64,000 bases of DNA, from positions 67,494 through 131,493 of the forward strand of contig CAYOLO010000002.1 of NCBI GenBank assembly GCA_964404855.1, given 5' to 3'. This DNA is from an uncultured Gammaproteobacteria bacterium (GTDB taxonomy: Bacteria > Patescibacteriota > Microgenomatia > CAYQLK01). The position numbers and the translations under genes were made by a program. Shown piece after piece: positions 29,356-38,235 of the stretch. The notes beneath the pieces are model-generated. The model was not told the DNA's origin. It saw only the letters and a program-made list of their open reading frames with translations, and searched no databases. How positions within the stretch are numbered: the first letter of the stretch is position 1; each line of letters begins with the position of its first letter.

Positions 29356-29613
29356 ATGGCAAAGCAAGCAGTCAGTAAGCCTTCGGCTAAAGCTGAAGCA
29401 TATAGCGACAAGAATTTTTTGGTCGCCGTTTTATTATCAGTACTTGTTGGTGGTTTAGGTGTAGACCGTTTTTATCTAGGATATATCGGACTTGGAATCC
29501 TTAAACTCATTACGCTTGGCGGTTGCGGGGTATGGACGATAATTGATGTAATTCTAATCGTAACAGGCAACCTACCAGATGCCGAGGGTAAAAAACTTAA
29601 CCCAAAAGCCTAA
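29356..29613 (+). CDS. TM2-domain protein
   Basis: [11 protein letters not shown]...[15 protein letters not shown]. Confidence 0.9.
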   Translation: MAKQAVSKPSAKAEAYSDKNFLVAVLLSVLVGGLGVDRFYLGYIGLGILKLITLGGCGVWTIIDVILIVTGNLPDAEGKKLNPKA

Positions 29614-29929
29614 AAATTCTCATTGGCAATTTGCCAAAGAAACAACAAGCCTTTCCACATCTCGTGGGAGGCTTGTTGCTTTTGGTGTAGTAATTTTCAC
29701 TCTATTTATAGTGCCCACGGAGAAACTGCATTATTTACCTATTAAGTCTGTTTATGAATCAGTGTTTGGATGGGTACCTTATTCTAGCGGTATGACACGA
29801 GGCGTCTCTTCAATTCTGCATGGCAAAATAGATAACGCTTGGGAGTTTAATCCTTTGTCTTTTTTAGTAATGGGAGTGGTTCTGGGTATAACTGTGAACG
29901 ATTTTTTTAAACTAAAGCGTCAATCTTGA
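29579..29929 (+). CDS. DUF2752-like membrane protein
   Basis: PYSSGMTRG...LHG....AWEFNPL; follows TM2. Confidence 0.7.
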   Translation: MPRVKNLTQKPKNSHWQFAKETTSLSTSRGRLVAFGVVIFTLFIVPTEKLHYLPIKSVYESVFGWVPYSSGMTRGVSSILHGKIDNAWEFNPLSFLVMGVVLGITVNDFFKLKRQS

Positions 29930-30236
29930 AAGCTATAACAAAATCATTTGTTGAGAGTCCGCCAATCGCGTGAGTTGAAAGAGTTACTTTTACTTGATTA
30001 TAGTTGTGAATAAAAATGTCCGGGTGATGACCTTCTTTTTCTGCAATTTCTGCTATTTTGTTGACAAAAACCAAAGCTTTTGAAAAGTCTTTGAATTTAA
30101 AATTTTTTGAGATTTTTTTGTTATCTATTACTTGCCAAGTTTTTACTTTTTTAAGATATTGCTCAAATTCATGGGATGTAAGAGGATACATCCCTCCTTC
30201 ACAAGGCACGCACTTAAGTGAAGATAGTTGAGCCAT
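29907..30236 (-). CDS. Pterin-4a-carbinolamine dehydratase
   Basis: CVPCEGG, AEKEGHHPD, THAIGGLSTNDF. Confidence 0.92.
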   Translation of the reverse strand: MAQLSSLKCVPCEGGMYPLTSHEFEQYLKKVKTWQVIDNKKISKNFKFKDFSKALVFVNKIAEIAEKEGHHPDIFIHNYNQVKVTLSTHAIGGLSTNDFVIAFKIDALV

Positions 30237-30239
30237 TAT

Positions 30240-30764
30240 TTAATTGCCGAACTTGCTATTTTGCTTGATTAGTCTTGCGGTGTAAACAATTGTGCGAACT
30301 TCACCATCTTCACCTTCAATTTCATTAAGACCAGACAACTGCTGAAATTGGGTTAAATAATCGGACATTTTTTCCTTAAGCTCTTTTATCTCTGACCTTT
30401 TACTTTGAACTTTAAGACTAAGATCGGCAACATCAGGTTTTTTGAGAATTTCTTTTTTGGCGGCAAGTTTGTCTTTTGCAGCCGCTTTGGCGTTGTCGTC
30501 AAATTCTCTGTAGATAGGATCAGACTCAAAAGCGCTTTTTAGCATATCTGCTTCTTCTTTTAGCTCGTTTTTGAGCATCTCCATTCTAGAAATAACATTT
30601 TTCAACATTGACTCTACAGCCATTAAGGTTTGGACGTCACCGGCTGGAATTGCAGGACTAACTACCTGAGCGGAAGGCTGTGGGCTAGCAATCTCGTTTG
30701 TAACGATTTCTTCTACAGGGGGGTTATTAAAGTCGGGCTCGACCGGTAAAGGTTTATCACTCAT
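30240..30764 (-). CDS. Coiled-coil hypothetical protein
   Basis: Long charged helical ORF. Confidence 0.7.
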   Translation of the reverse strand: MSDKPLPVEPDFNNPPVEEIVTNEIASPQPSAQVVSPAIPAGDVQTLMAVESMLKNVISRMEMLKNELKEEADMLKSAFESDPIYREFDDNAKAAAKDKLAAKKEILKKPDVADLSLKVQSKRSEIKELKEKMSDYLTQFQQLSGLNEIEGEDGEVRTIVYTARLIKQNSKFGN

Positions 30765-30811
30765 AAATATCTACTATATATGAAGTTATCAATAAAAATA
30801 AAGGCGGAGAT

Positions 30812-31156
30812 TTATTTGTGAGCTTGTCGATTTCTTATTTCTATATGCGTTTCAATTATGGCTAGATTTTTGGAATTGGATCTATAAAAAAGGTCACTAA
30901 TATCGCCTACGATTGGAACAAGGCCGATTAAAAAGTCAGAGATAATATTAAAGATGATAAGTAGAATTCTGTGATAGGGAAGTCGCTCGTGTAGAGCAAT
31001 GTAGAGCAGATAAAGAGACAAGCAAAAAGCGACCGCGTCCCCTGCCCATGGAATAAGTCCGATTAAGAAGTCGACACCAAACTTAACACCAAAAATACTG
31101 TATTGGTTTTCAAGAATATTGGTCAAGATTCGCGCGTTTTCAATGTGACTTGTCAT
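30812..31156 (-). CDS. DUF4112 membrane protein
   Basis: FGVDFLIGLIPWAGD...IGLVPIVGDISD. Confidence 0.85.
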   Translation of the reverse strand: MTSHIENARILTNILENQYSIFGVKFGVDFLIGLIPWAGDAVAFCLSLYLLYIALHERLPYHRILLIIFNIISDFLIGLVPIVGDISDLFYRSNSKNLAIIETHIEIRNRQAHK

Positions 31157-31184
31157 ACAATAAATTATATAAGCAAAATTAATT

Positions 31185-31766
31185 ATGACAGGACGAACCC
31201 ATGACTTGGCGGCGTTTACAGGACTTAGTATTTATTTTGTAATTTTTCCTTTAGTTAATATGTCGCTGGCTACATTAATAACTGTACTTGCTGCGAACTT
31301 TATCGGCGGACTTTTTCCAGACATTGATCAATCAACAGGAACTCTTTGGCGCAGATTAAGGGGTGGAAGTTTTTTGGGCAAACTTATTTCCCCACTGCTT
31401 GGCGGACACAGGTTATTTACCCATTCGATTGTCGGTCTAGTAGCTACAGGATATTTGCTGAAATGGTTTTTGGAAATACTTCACACTGTACTTCTGGTCG
31501 ACATGAATGTAGTTTGGTGGGCTTTTATGATTGGTTTTGTGACACATTTGTTTATGGATATGCTGACTAGAGACGGAGTGCCGTTATTATTCCCAATACC
31601 AGTTAAATTCGGTATTCCACCCATTAAAACGATTCGGCCAAAAACGGGAGGGTTTTTTGAAAAGGTAATAATGTTCCCATCCTTATTGGGAATAAATGCA
31701 TTTTTAGTCTATACAAACTACGAAAAGTTTTTAACTTTTCTGAAATTGTTTGTGACATTTAAATAA
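31185..31766 (+). CDS. YdjM-like membrane metal-dependent hydrolase
   Basis: MTGRTH, FPDID, GHRLFTHS, THLFMDMLT..GVPLLFP. Confidence 0.88.
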   Translation: MTGRTHDLAAFTGLSIYFVIFPLVNMSLATLITVLAANFIGGLFPDIDQSTGTLWRRLRGGSFLGKLISPLLGGHRLFTHSIVGLVATGYLLKWFLEILHTVLLVDMNVVWWAFMIGFVTHLFMDMLTRDGVPLLFPIPVKFGIPPIKTIRPKTGGFFEKVIMFPSLLGINAFLVYTNYEKFLTFLKLFVTFK

Positions 31767-31767
31767 A

Positions 31768-33516
31768 TTACTCAAGAGTAAAAAAATCTTCCACATCTTG
31801 ACCTGAGTCTATTTTTCGCCTTTGTATTTGACCATCCTTACCCACCACAATTATATAATCTACTCCCAGATCTTTTAAAAACATCTCATCGTGCGTGATT
31901 GTCATAACTGCACCAGAATATCTTTTAAGTGCGTCTTCTAGTGTTTCAATCGTATAGATATCAAGATGGTTAGTTGGTTCGTCTAGCACTAGCAGATCTG
32001 GATTGGAAACAAAGAGCGCGACAAGTTCTATCCGGCGAAGCTCGCCAAAACTAAAATCTCCCACTTTCTTATGTGCAGAATCATCAAGCAGCATTCGCGA
32101 CAATGCTTTGTATGCGTCCTCTACGGATACAACCGCCTTGCGACGAATATAATCAATAATATTTTGATCCATTTTTGGTTTATCAGCAGTTTGAGATAAA
32201 TAACCAATTTTTAGTCCGGGTGGAATATCTACCTTGCCTTTGGTCGGAAGCAAGGAGCCGGTAATTACCTTAAGTAGGGTACTTTTACCGGCACCATTGG
32301 CTCCAACAATACCGATTCGTTCTCCACCATGGACAACCAAATCTACGTTAGTAAATATGTCTGAACCATTATGGGGATACCCAAAAGAAATATCTTTCGC
32401 ATTTAGCAGCACACCTGATTTAATTTGAGGCTCCTTCACCTCGAAGGATGGTTTTTTAGGAAGTACTGGCTCGGGTATATCAGATAACTCTCTTTCAATT
32501 CGCACCAGTTGTGATTTTGCTCTTTTGGCTAAAGCACCGCCTTTTGATCGGTAGAACGAATCGTTTGAAATGCCTTCAAATCTTTGTGCCTCTTGTTTTA
32601 GTTGTTTTACAGAATCTTCCAATTGTTTACGTTTTTTCATTTGTTCGTCATAAAGCCTCATTTGAGCTTCAAACATCTCCTGTTTTTTTTGTCGATAAAA
32701 GGTGTAATTTCCACCGAATTTGATTAGTTTTTTTGTTGCTTCGTCGATTTCGATTATTTGAGTTACAGTTTCATCCAGAAACTCACGATCGTGAGAGACA
32801 AGTAATAGAGAGGTGTTTGTTTGTTTAACCCAATCTTCTAGAAACTTCACGCTTTGCGGATCAAGGTTGTTTGTTGGCTCGTCTAATAGAATTAGATTAG
32901 GTGATGAAACGAGTATTCCAGCAAGGGAAACCTTGGTCGCTTCCCCACCACTGATTTCTGTCATATCTCTATCAAGATAATCGGGGGTCAGACCTAAACC
33001 TTTTAAAATTATTTCTCTTTTGCGAGCAAAATCCCACGCATCATATTTGGTCATATCCTCGAGCGCTTTGCCATAGTCGTCCATCAGCTGATCATCGGTT
33101 TTGCCAGCAGCCATCCGTGCGGTCAGCTGGTCATAAGTCTCGATTACTTTGGCCACTTGATCGGCACAACTATCCAAATATTGTTTAACACTACCGTCAA
33201 ATGTAACCTGAATATCCTGATTTAAATATCCAACAGAGGCTTGTGATAAAACAATGTCCCCTTTAACATCTAAATGTTCAGGTGGCGGATTACCATCTGC
33301 AACAGTCGATATCAAATCTAAAATAGATGTTTTACCGCTTCCGTTGCGACCAATTAGTGCAAGTCGCTCTGAAGGTCCAATAGTAAAGTTACCATCAACA
33401 ACCAGCTCTTTCGCTCCAATTCCTAAGTTGAGACCGGTCACAACAAGTCTTGCATTTTCTGTTATTTTTTCTTCCATCCTTACCTCCGGATTAACTCTTA
33501 ATTTTTCATTTCCCAT
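31768..33516 (-). CDS. ABC-F family ATPase (possible ribosome-protection type)
   Basis: Two ABC cassettes (GRNGSGKT/ISGGE/LDEPTNNLD and GANGAGKS/FSFGE/LDEPTNHLD); no TM domain; long interdomain linker GNY...LAKRAKSQLVRIER. Confidence 0.92.
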   Translation of the reverse strand: MGNEKLRVNPEVRMEEKITENARLVVTGLNLGIGAKELVVDGNFTIGPSERLALIGRNGSGKTSILDLISTVADGNPPPEHLDVKGDIVLSQASVGYLNQDIQVTFDGSVKQYLDSCADQVAKVIETYDQLTARMAAGKTDDQLMDDYGKALEDMTKYDAWDFARKREIILKGLGLTPDYLDRDMTEISGGEATKVSLAGILVSSPNLILLDEPTNNLDPQSVKFLEDWVKQTNTSLLLVSHDREFLDETVTQIIEIDEATKKLIKFGGNYTFYRQKKQEMFEAQMRLYDEQMKKRKQLEDSVKQLKQEAQRFEGISNDSFYRSKGGALAKRAKSQLVRIERELSDIPEPVLPKKPSFEVKEPQIKSGVLLNAKDISFGYPHNGSDIFTNVDLVVHGGERIGIVGANGAGKSTLLKVITGSLLPTKGKVDIPPGLKIGYLSQTADKPKMDQNIIDYIRRKAVVSVEDAYKALSRMLLDDSAHKKVGDFSFGELRRIELVALFVSNPDLLVLDEPTNHLDIYTIETLEDALKRYSGAVMTITHDEMFLKDLGVDYIIVVGKDGQIQRRKIDSGQDVEDFFTLE

Positions 33517-33517
33517 A

Positions 33518-34231
33518 TTAACCTATAGCAATTGAATATATAGCTTTTTCGTTTGTTCTGTCAATTCGAAGCAGTTTGTTGAGCTTGTCTTCATAAAAAC
33601 CGCCAATTGGACAAGTTCGAACTTTATATTTTTCCGCGATTAATAATATATTTTGAGCCAAATGGCCCGCTTCTATAAAAATATATCTTAATGATTTGTC
33701 TCCGTATTTAATTGCACTTCTTCCTGGAACAGCGGTGATAACCAAAAAAACTGAAGAGTTTGCGACCCAGCTATCTACGAGCGACTGTTTTAAATCTGAT
33801 TTAAAATCTTTTAGTTGGAGTATTTCTAGCGTGTTGTTTTCAATCGAGTAATGATACAAGCCTTTTTTTAAACCTTTAACATTGTTTATAAAAATATAAA
33901 TTTCTAATGGATACCTTGCACCACCAGATGGATACGCACGATAGCTGCGACCGTCGACAGTTGCAGCAAAATTTGCAAAATAAATAATTTTTTTAAGCCT
34001 AATAGCTGATATGAGACGATTGATATTCCTTTGGCTTCTTCTACTGGCAATAACTTTTTCTAGTTCTGATGAGGGCTTGAGTGCTGGGAGTTTAAGATTG
34101 GGAAACCTTGGATAGTTTTTGTAATGAATTGTTTTCCAGGCAATCGGCCACTTATCGTACGGAATTGGTTCTGGAGCAGTGTCCGACTGTGTTCCAGTTT
34201 CGATAAAAAATTTGTTTATATAATCTTTCAT
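33518..34231 (-). CDS. SagB/ThcOx-family FMN-dependent azoline dehydrogenase
   Basis: RRSQR, RAYPSGGARYPLEIY, KYG catalytic Lys-Tyr, IEAGHLAQN, PIGGF. Confidence 0.92.
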   Translation of the reverse strand: MKDYINKFFIETGTQSDTAPEPIPYDKWPIAWKTIHYKNYPRFPNLKLPALKPSSELEKVIASRRSQRNINRLISAIRLKKIIYFANFAATVDGRSYRAYPSGGARYPLEIYIFINNVKGLKKGLYHYSIENNTLEILQLKDFKSDLKQSLVDSWVANSSVFLVITAVPGRSAIKYGDKSLRYIFIEAGHLAQNILLIAEKYKVRTCPIGGFYEDKLNKLLRIDRTNEKAIYSIAIG

Positions 34232-35520
34232 AGGAATGGTTGTAGAAATGGATCTAGGTTTTTGATTTGTCGTTTGGCGATTTTTTCAATGCGGCTGACT
34301 TCAAGATATTTATATTCCTCTTCTAAATATAATGGCTGGGCCTGGGGAATAATGATTTTACAAGCAAAAAATCCTAATTTTTTAATTTCTGGGTCATCAA
34401 ATTCTTTTAAATAAACATCAAACCCGATTTTTTTAAGCTGAGAAGTTAGTTTCTTTAATGTGGTTTTTGGATAACTTGACTTAAGCGAAAGTCTGATTGT
34501 TTTTTTATTTTTTAACCAAAAATTAATGTGTTTAAGAACGAACGGTTGACTCCAAATTAGTCCTCGGTCTTTCAGCTCGTATGTCTGATTAATGTTTTTT
34601 AGCAATGATTGGATATATTTTTCATCAGATTTTGCTAGCTCGTCACGCATCCAACCCCGAGTATGAAATGATTCCTCAAGACTGCCTTGAACAGCACGAT
34701 TTAAATCTGTGTGGCATTTCAGACCAAAAGTGACAACAGGTTTATTTTTTGTCTGATCAAGGAGAATTGTCAAAATTACTGGAATATCATAGTCATTGTC
34801 TAATTTAATTATTATTGGTTTGAGATTGTAAAAATTGAATTCATCCAAAATATCAGCAATAATACCCGATGGATTTGTTAGCTTAAGAATTGTACCTGGC
34901 AATTTAGCAAGATAAGAGGATATAAATGTGTCTCTTTCTAAGACTTCAAATATTGCTCGAATAATCGTTGAGTTTCTATCAAGACCTGCGGATGCGCCGG
35001 TTGATATTGGTGTGCGGATAATTTTTTCTTTTTTTCCAAATGGACAATATACTGTTTGAGCAGGAATATATATCGTTTTGTTTGTAGTCAAATCTGTCGC
35101 TTTGGTCCAGTAAAGCGAATCTTGAGGCTGTGCAATCTTTTTTCGAAAGATTGGGTTGGATAATTGTTCAGGTGAGAATTTTAGAAATTTTATTAACTCG
35201 ATTGAGGGGGATAGATTTTTTTGGGAAGCAAATATTAAATCTTTTAAATCTTTTTTTGATGGAATCAAAGCATATCTTTCTACCATTTCGATGTAACCTT
35301 TTATAAAAGCAAGTCTCTCATCCCACGCAGATCCGCTTGCATTGGTACTGAATTTTTTTGACGAGTTTTTACTGTTCAATATGAACGTATACAATTTAGG
35401 TTCATCGTTATAAAAATAACTTCGATGTACCGTCGATATAAAATTTGTTTTTTTGTGGGCAGACACACATTTCTGATATAGCAATTCTAGATTGCTTTCT
35501 ATCGATTTTTTGTTTGACAT
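34228..35520 (-). CDS. YcaO-family cyclodehydratase
   Basis: IEMVERY, STGASAG, FEVLERD, SLEE, Pro-rich C-terminus DPFLQPFL; 4-nt overlap with the SagB gene. Confidence 0.92.
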   Translation of the reverse strand: MSNKKSIESNLELLYQKCVSAHKKTNFISTVHRSYFYNDEPKLYTFILNSKNSSKKFSTNASGSAWDERLAFIKGYIEMVERYALIPSKKDLKDLIFASQKNLSPSIELIKFLKFSPEQLSNPIFRKKIAQPQDSLYWTKATDLTTNKTIYIPAQTVYCPFGKKEKIIRTPISTGASAGLDRNSTIIRAIFEVLERDTFISSYLAKLPGTILKLTNPSGIIADILDEFNFYNLKPIIIKLDNDYDIPVILTILLDQTKNKPVVTFGLKCHTDLNRAVQGSLEESFHTRGWMRDELAKSDEKYIQSLLKNINQTYELKDRGLIWSQPFVLKHINFWLKNKKTIRLSLKSSYPKTTLKKLTSQLKKIGFDVYLKEFDDPEIKKLGFFACKIIIPQAQPLYLEEEYKYLEVSRIEKIAKRQIKNLDPFLQPFL

Positions 35521-35540
35521 AAATGCTTTTCTTTTTATTT

Positions 35541-35554
35541 GTGTGAGCTCACAC
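35541..35554. other. Palindromic stem-loop between the precursor and ycaO
   Basis: GTGTGAGCTCACAC perfect palindrome. Confidence 0.5.
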
Positions 35555-35584
35555 TAGCTTTCTTAACCTAAATTAAGATCACTA

Positions 35585-35728
35585 TTATCTACCGGAATTT
35601 GAGCCTGTGTGTCCACATGAGCCCTGCGCAGAAGCACTACTGGTAGCATTTGCTATTTCTTCCTTTGATAATTCAACCTCTGAAATAACTTCGTCGTATT
35701 CCTTGGCGTTAATGTTAGTATTGTTCAC
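35585..35728 (-). CDS. Putative RiPP precursor 2 (47 aa; not in the ORF track)
   Basis: AAAGGAGGTGA SD (35738-35748), GTG start, MNNTNINAKEYDEVISEVELSKEEIANATSSASAQGSCGHTGSNSGR, TAA TAG; acidic leader plus Ser/Thr/Cys/Gly core. Confidence 0.85.
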   Translation of the reverse strand: MNNTNINAKEYDEVISEVELSKEEIANATSSASAQGSCGHTGSNSGR

Positions 35729-35760
35729 TTTTTTCTTTCACCTCCTTTCAAATATTGATT

Positions 35761-36012
35761 TTATCTACAGTTTCCATGACAACCACTATGGGAACAAGCT
35801 GAACAATTTGAAGAGTTTGAGCTTGCGCTGGTTGAGAAATTTGCATAGCTGTCTTTAACAATTATCTTCAGTTCCAACAAACTAAACGGCTCGTACTCTT
35901 TAAAATTTTTAATTCTTTCTGGGTAATTTTGATCAAAAAAAACCCGAGCAATTGCTCGGGAACTCGCTGCTTTTTTATTATTTAACAAACACAACCGAAG
36001 TTTGTTTTTCAT
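35761..36012 (-). CDS. Putative RiPP precursor 1 (83 aa)
   Basis: C-terminal ANFSTSASSNSSNCSACSHSGCHGNCR; shares NxKEY[DE], KxxxAN, SAS, CxHxG and terminal R with the 47-aa ORF. Confidence 0.8.
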   Translation of the reverse strand: MKNKLRLCLLNNKKAASSRAIARVFFDQNYPERIKNFKEYEPFSLLELKIIVKDSYANFSTSASSNSSNCSACSHSGCHGNCR

Positions 36013-36024
36013 TATTGTAGTGGG

Positions 36025-36052
36025 ATTGTAACAAATTTGTGATAAAAGTCAA
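36025..36052 (-). promoter_or_regulatory. Promoter of the RiPP operon
   Basis: TTGACT-16-TACAAT with a TGn extended -10, 12 nt upstream of the ATG at 36012. Confidence 0.6.
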
Positions 36053-36079
36053 GATTATTTATTTCTTCGATACTTAATT

Positions 36080-38230
36080 TTAAATACAAGTTGCTGAATC
36101 GAAACACAAGCCATCCTCTGGTGCGAGGTCTTTGAGGGCGCCATTGAAATTGAGGAACGCAGAATTAAGCGCATTGGGGCGAATATAGTTAGAACTACAA
36201 CTTGAGCTATCCTGAAGCACCGCCGTTCCTCCTTGCGTCGTTACCATGTAATCATTTGGTACTCCATCAGAATCTGGGTCGTATAAGCAGATGTATTTTT
36301 GAGTAATTTGAGTACCTGTCGCGTTAAAAAGTGTGATTCCGGGCGCTCGAACTATTTGCTTAGTTGGACCCCAAACTAGAACACTGCCTGGGTTAACAGT
36401 CATGTCAGCATCCATTTGAATACTACCAGTATCTGACCCAACGAGCTTAACCTGTGTTGTTGAAACCGTTAGTCCATTAGTAGGAATGTTACAAGATGAG
36501 CCGATAGTGACATCTCCTGAAACTGGAAATGTACAACCTGACGCGGGGGTTACTGTAGTAAATGTGTCGTCTGTGGTGTAAGCAGTGCCTGCAGAGTTAG
36601 TGGCATAAACTCGGAAATGATATAAAGTTTCTGGGCTGAGATTCGGGATAATTACACTAAAAACACCTGTTGTACCCGAAGTGCCTAGACAATTACCGCC
36701 AATACTCGGATTGGCACTTAAACCAACGCATACACCTCGACCAGTAATAGTATTACCGTTATCAGAAGTTACATTTGCCCCAAGGTTTGCGTTAATCGTG
36801 GTAATAGCATTTTTGGTTGAAGACGAAATAGAAGGCGGACTATTTTTAGTAACCGTAAAGCTTGTATCGGCACAATTATTAGCACCATCACATACTCTTA
36901 AATATCTAGTGTTGGATCCAGTTGTTAATGCCGCATCAACAATGGAGCCTGTAGTTACAGACTGGGCACTAGTAGCTGAGGTCCCAGTGAGGTAGGTGCC
37001 AGTACCGTTTGGACCAGTGTAAACATAACCAAGTAATTCACTAGCATTTGTGCTGGCAGCATCATTTGGAGTGAATGTAACAGTGTAAGTGTTATCAGTT
37101 GAGACTGCGGTAGGGGTGTGGGAAATTGAGGTGGTACTAGTTGGATTAACCGTATCTCTATATAACCAAGTGAACCAGTCACTTGACCAAACGACACCAT
37201 CAGAAACACGTAAATAAACAACATTAGCCCCTTCAACTATACCTGTCTGTGTATAAGCAAAAGTGCCAAAATTGTTTGTTTGACCACTGGTCGTTGTGCC
37301 GTTAGTGATAAGCGTGCCTCCTCCACCGGGAGCGGTACGTAGCTGCCAAGATAGTGCGTTAGCGCCTGTTTGTTCTGCATCATTGGCGCGCAATGAAAAA
37401 GACCAGGTTGTATTTGCGCCTGTTCTAAATCTGCTGTTTTGATAAGTTACTGACGGACCTATAGAAACTGTTGGAGCCGTGTTGGGGTTAAGTGTAGTAA
37501 AAGTGTCGTCTGTGGTATAAACCGTACCCGCAGAACTGGTTGCATAGGCACGATAGTGATAAAGCGTGTTACTGTTCAATCCGCTGACTGCAATCGTAAA
37601 TATCCCTGTTGTTCCACTAGTACTTGTACATCCTGTAGTTGGATTAGCTGAAAGACCAACACATACACCTCTACCTGACCATGTTCCATTTCCGGCTGAA
37701 GTAACATTTCCACCAAGTGTTGCACCAGTGGTTGTGATTGATGTTTTGGTTGGTGAGGTAATAGTTGGAGGTGTTTGACAGTTAAGGGCGGTGAATGTGG
37801 ATGATGCTTTATTCATCGCTGGCCACCCTAAATTGCGATCCTGAAGAAGGATTGTGTAGCTTACGCCTGCTGTAAAACCTGACCCTCCTTTGTTCCAAGT
37901 GTTGGAATATGTACCAGATAAAAATTGACTGAAGTCGTACATACTCGAATATTTGTTATAGGGATTATCTGTGCTTCCAGCTGAACCATTTGGACCTTCG
38001 ACTGTATAGTTGACTGAAAGCGATGATATGTTTCCAACGCAGATTGGAGTTGCGGAATTAATCGTATAAGCTGCATAAACCGATTTGAGTTTTCCAACTG
38101 TGATTGTGCCGATAATTAACAACACAAAAGTCAATAATACTTTAGACGATGTTCGTGAGTATTGATTGCAAAAAATTAGAGTCAATAGTTTCATATTGTT
38201 TTTGAGTAAATTGAGTTTGAAATTTTTCAT
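36080..38230 (-). CDS. Large Thr/Ser/Gly-rich secreted surface protein with FN3/Ig-like repeats
   Basis: N-terminal TM/signal; two ~95-aa repeats (GRGVCVGLSANP...LYH[YF]R.YAT.SAGT.YTTDDTFTT) and two internal beta-rich repeats. Confidence 0.8.
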   Translation of the reverse strand: MKNFKLNLLKNNMKLLTLIFCNQYSRTSSKVLLTFVLLIIGTITVGKLKSVYAAYTINSATPICVGNISSLSVNYTVEGPNGSAGSTDNPYNKYSSMYDFSQFLSGTYSNTWNKGGSGFTAGVSYTILLQDRNLGWPAMNKASSTFTALNCQTPPTITSPTKTSITTTGATLGGNVTSAGNGTWSGRGVCVGLSANPTTGCTSTSGTTGIFTIAVSGLNSNTLYHYRAYATSSAGTVYTTDDTFTTLNPNTAPTVSIGPSVTYQNSRFRTGANTTWSFSLRANDAEQTGANALSWQLRTAPGGGGTLITNGTTTSGQTNNFGTFAYTQTGIVEGANVVYLRVSDGVVWSSDWFTWLYRDTVNPTSTTSISHTPTAVSTDNTYTVTFTPNDAASTNASELLGYVYTGPNGTGTYLTGTSATSAQSVTTGSIVDAALTTGSNTRYLRVCDGANNCADTSFTVTKNSPPSISSSTKNAITTINANLGANVTSDNGNTITGRGVCVGLSANPSIGGNCLGTSGTTGVFSVIIPNLSPETLYHFRVYATNSAGTAYTTDDTFTTVTPASGCTFPVSGDVTIGSSCNIPTNGLTVSTTQVKLVGSDTGSIQMDADMTVNPGSVLVWGPTKQIVRAPGITLFNATGTQITQKYICLYDPDSDGVPNDYMVTTQGGTAVLQDSSSCSSNYIRPNALNSAFLNFNGALKDLAPEDGLCFDSATCI

Positions 38231-38235
38231 ATAAG

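Noticed and set aside
31185-31766. YdjM-like hydrolase as the RiPP leader peptidase
   Set aside because: Convergent orientation and a widespread family; nothing in the sequence links it to the cluster
34228-35520. Thioamide-forming (TfuA-YcaO) or thiopeptide pathway
   Set aside because: No TfuA, lanthipeptide dehydratase or pyridine synthase nearby; the adjacent SagB dehydrogenase points to azoles
35607-35858. 83-aa plus-strand ORF in the RiPP precursor region
   Set aside because: Antisense to the two precursors, which have SD/promoter support and mutual similarity
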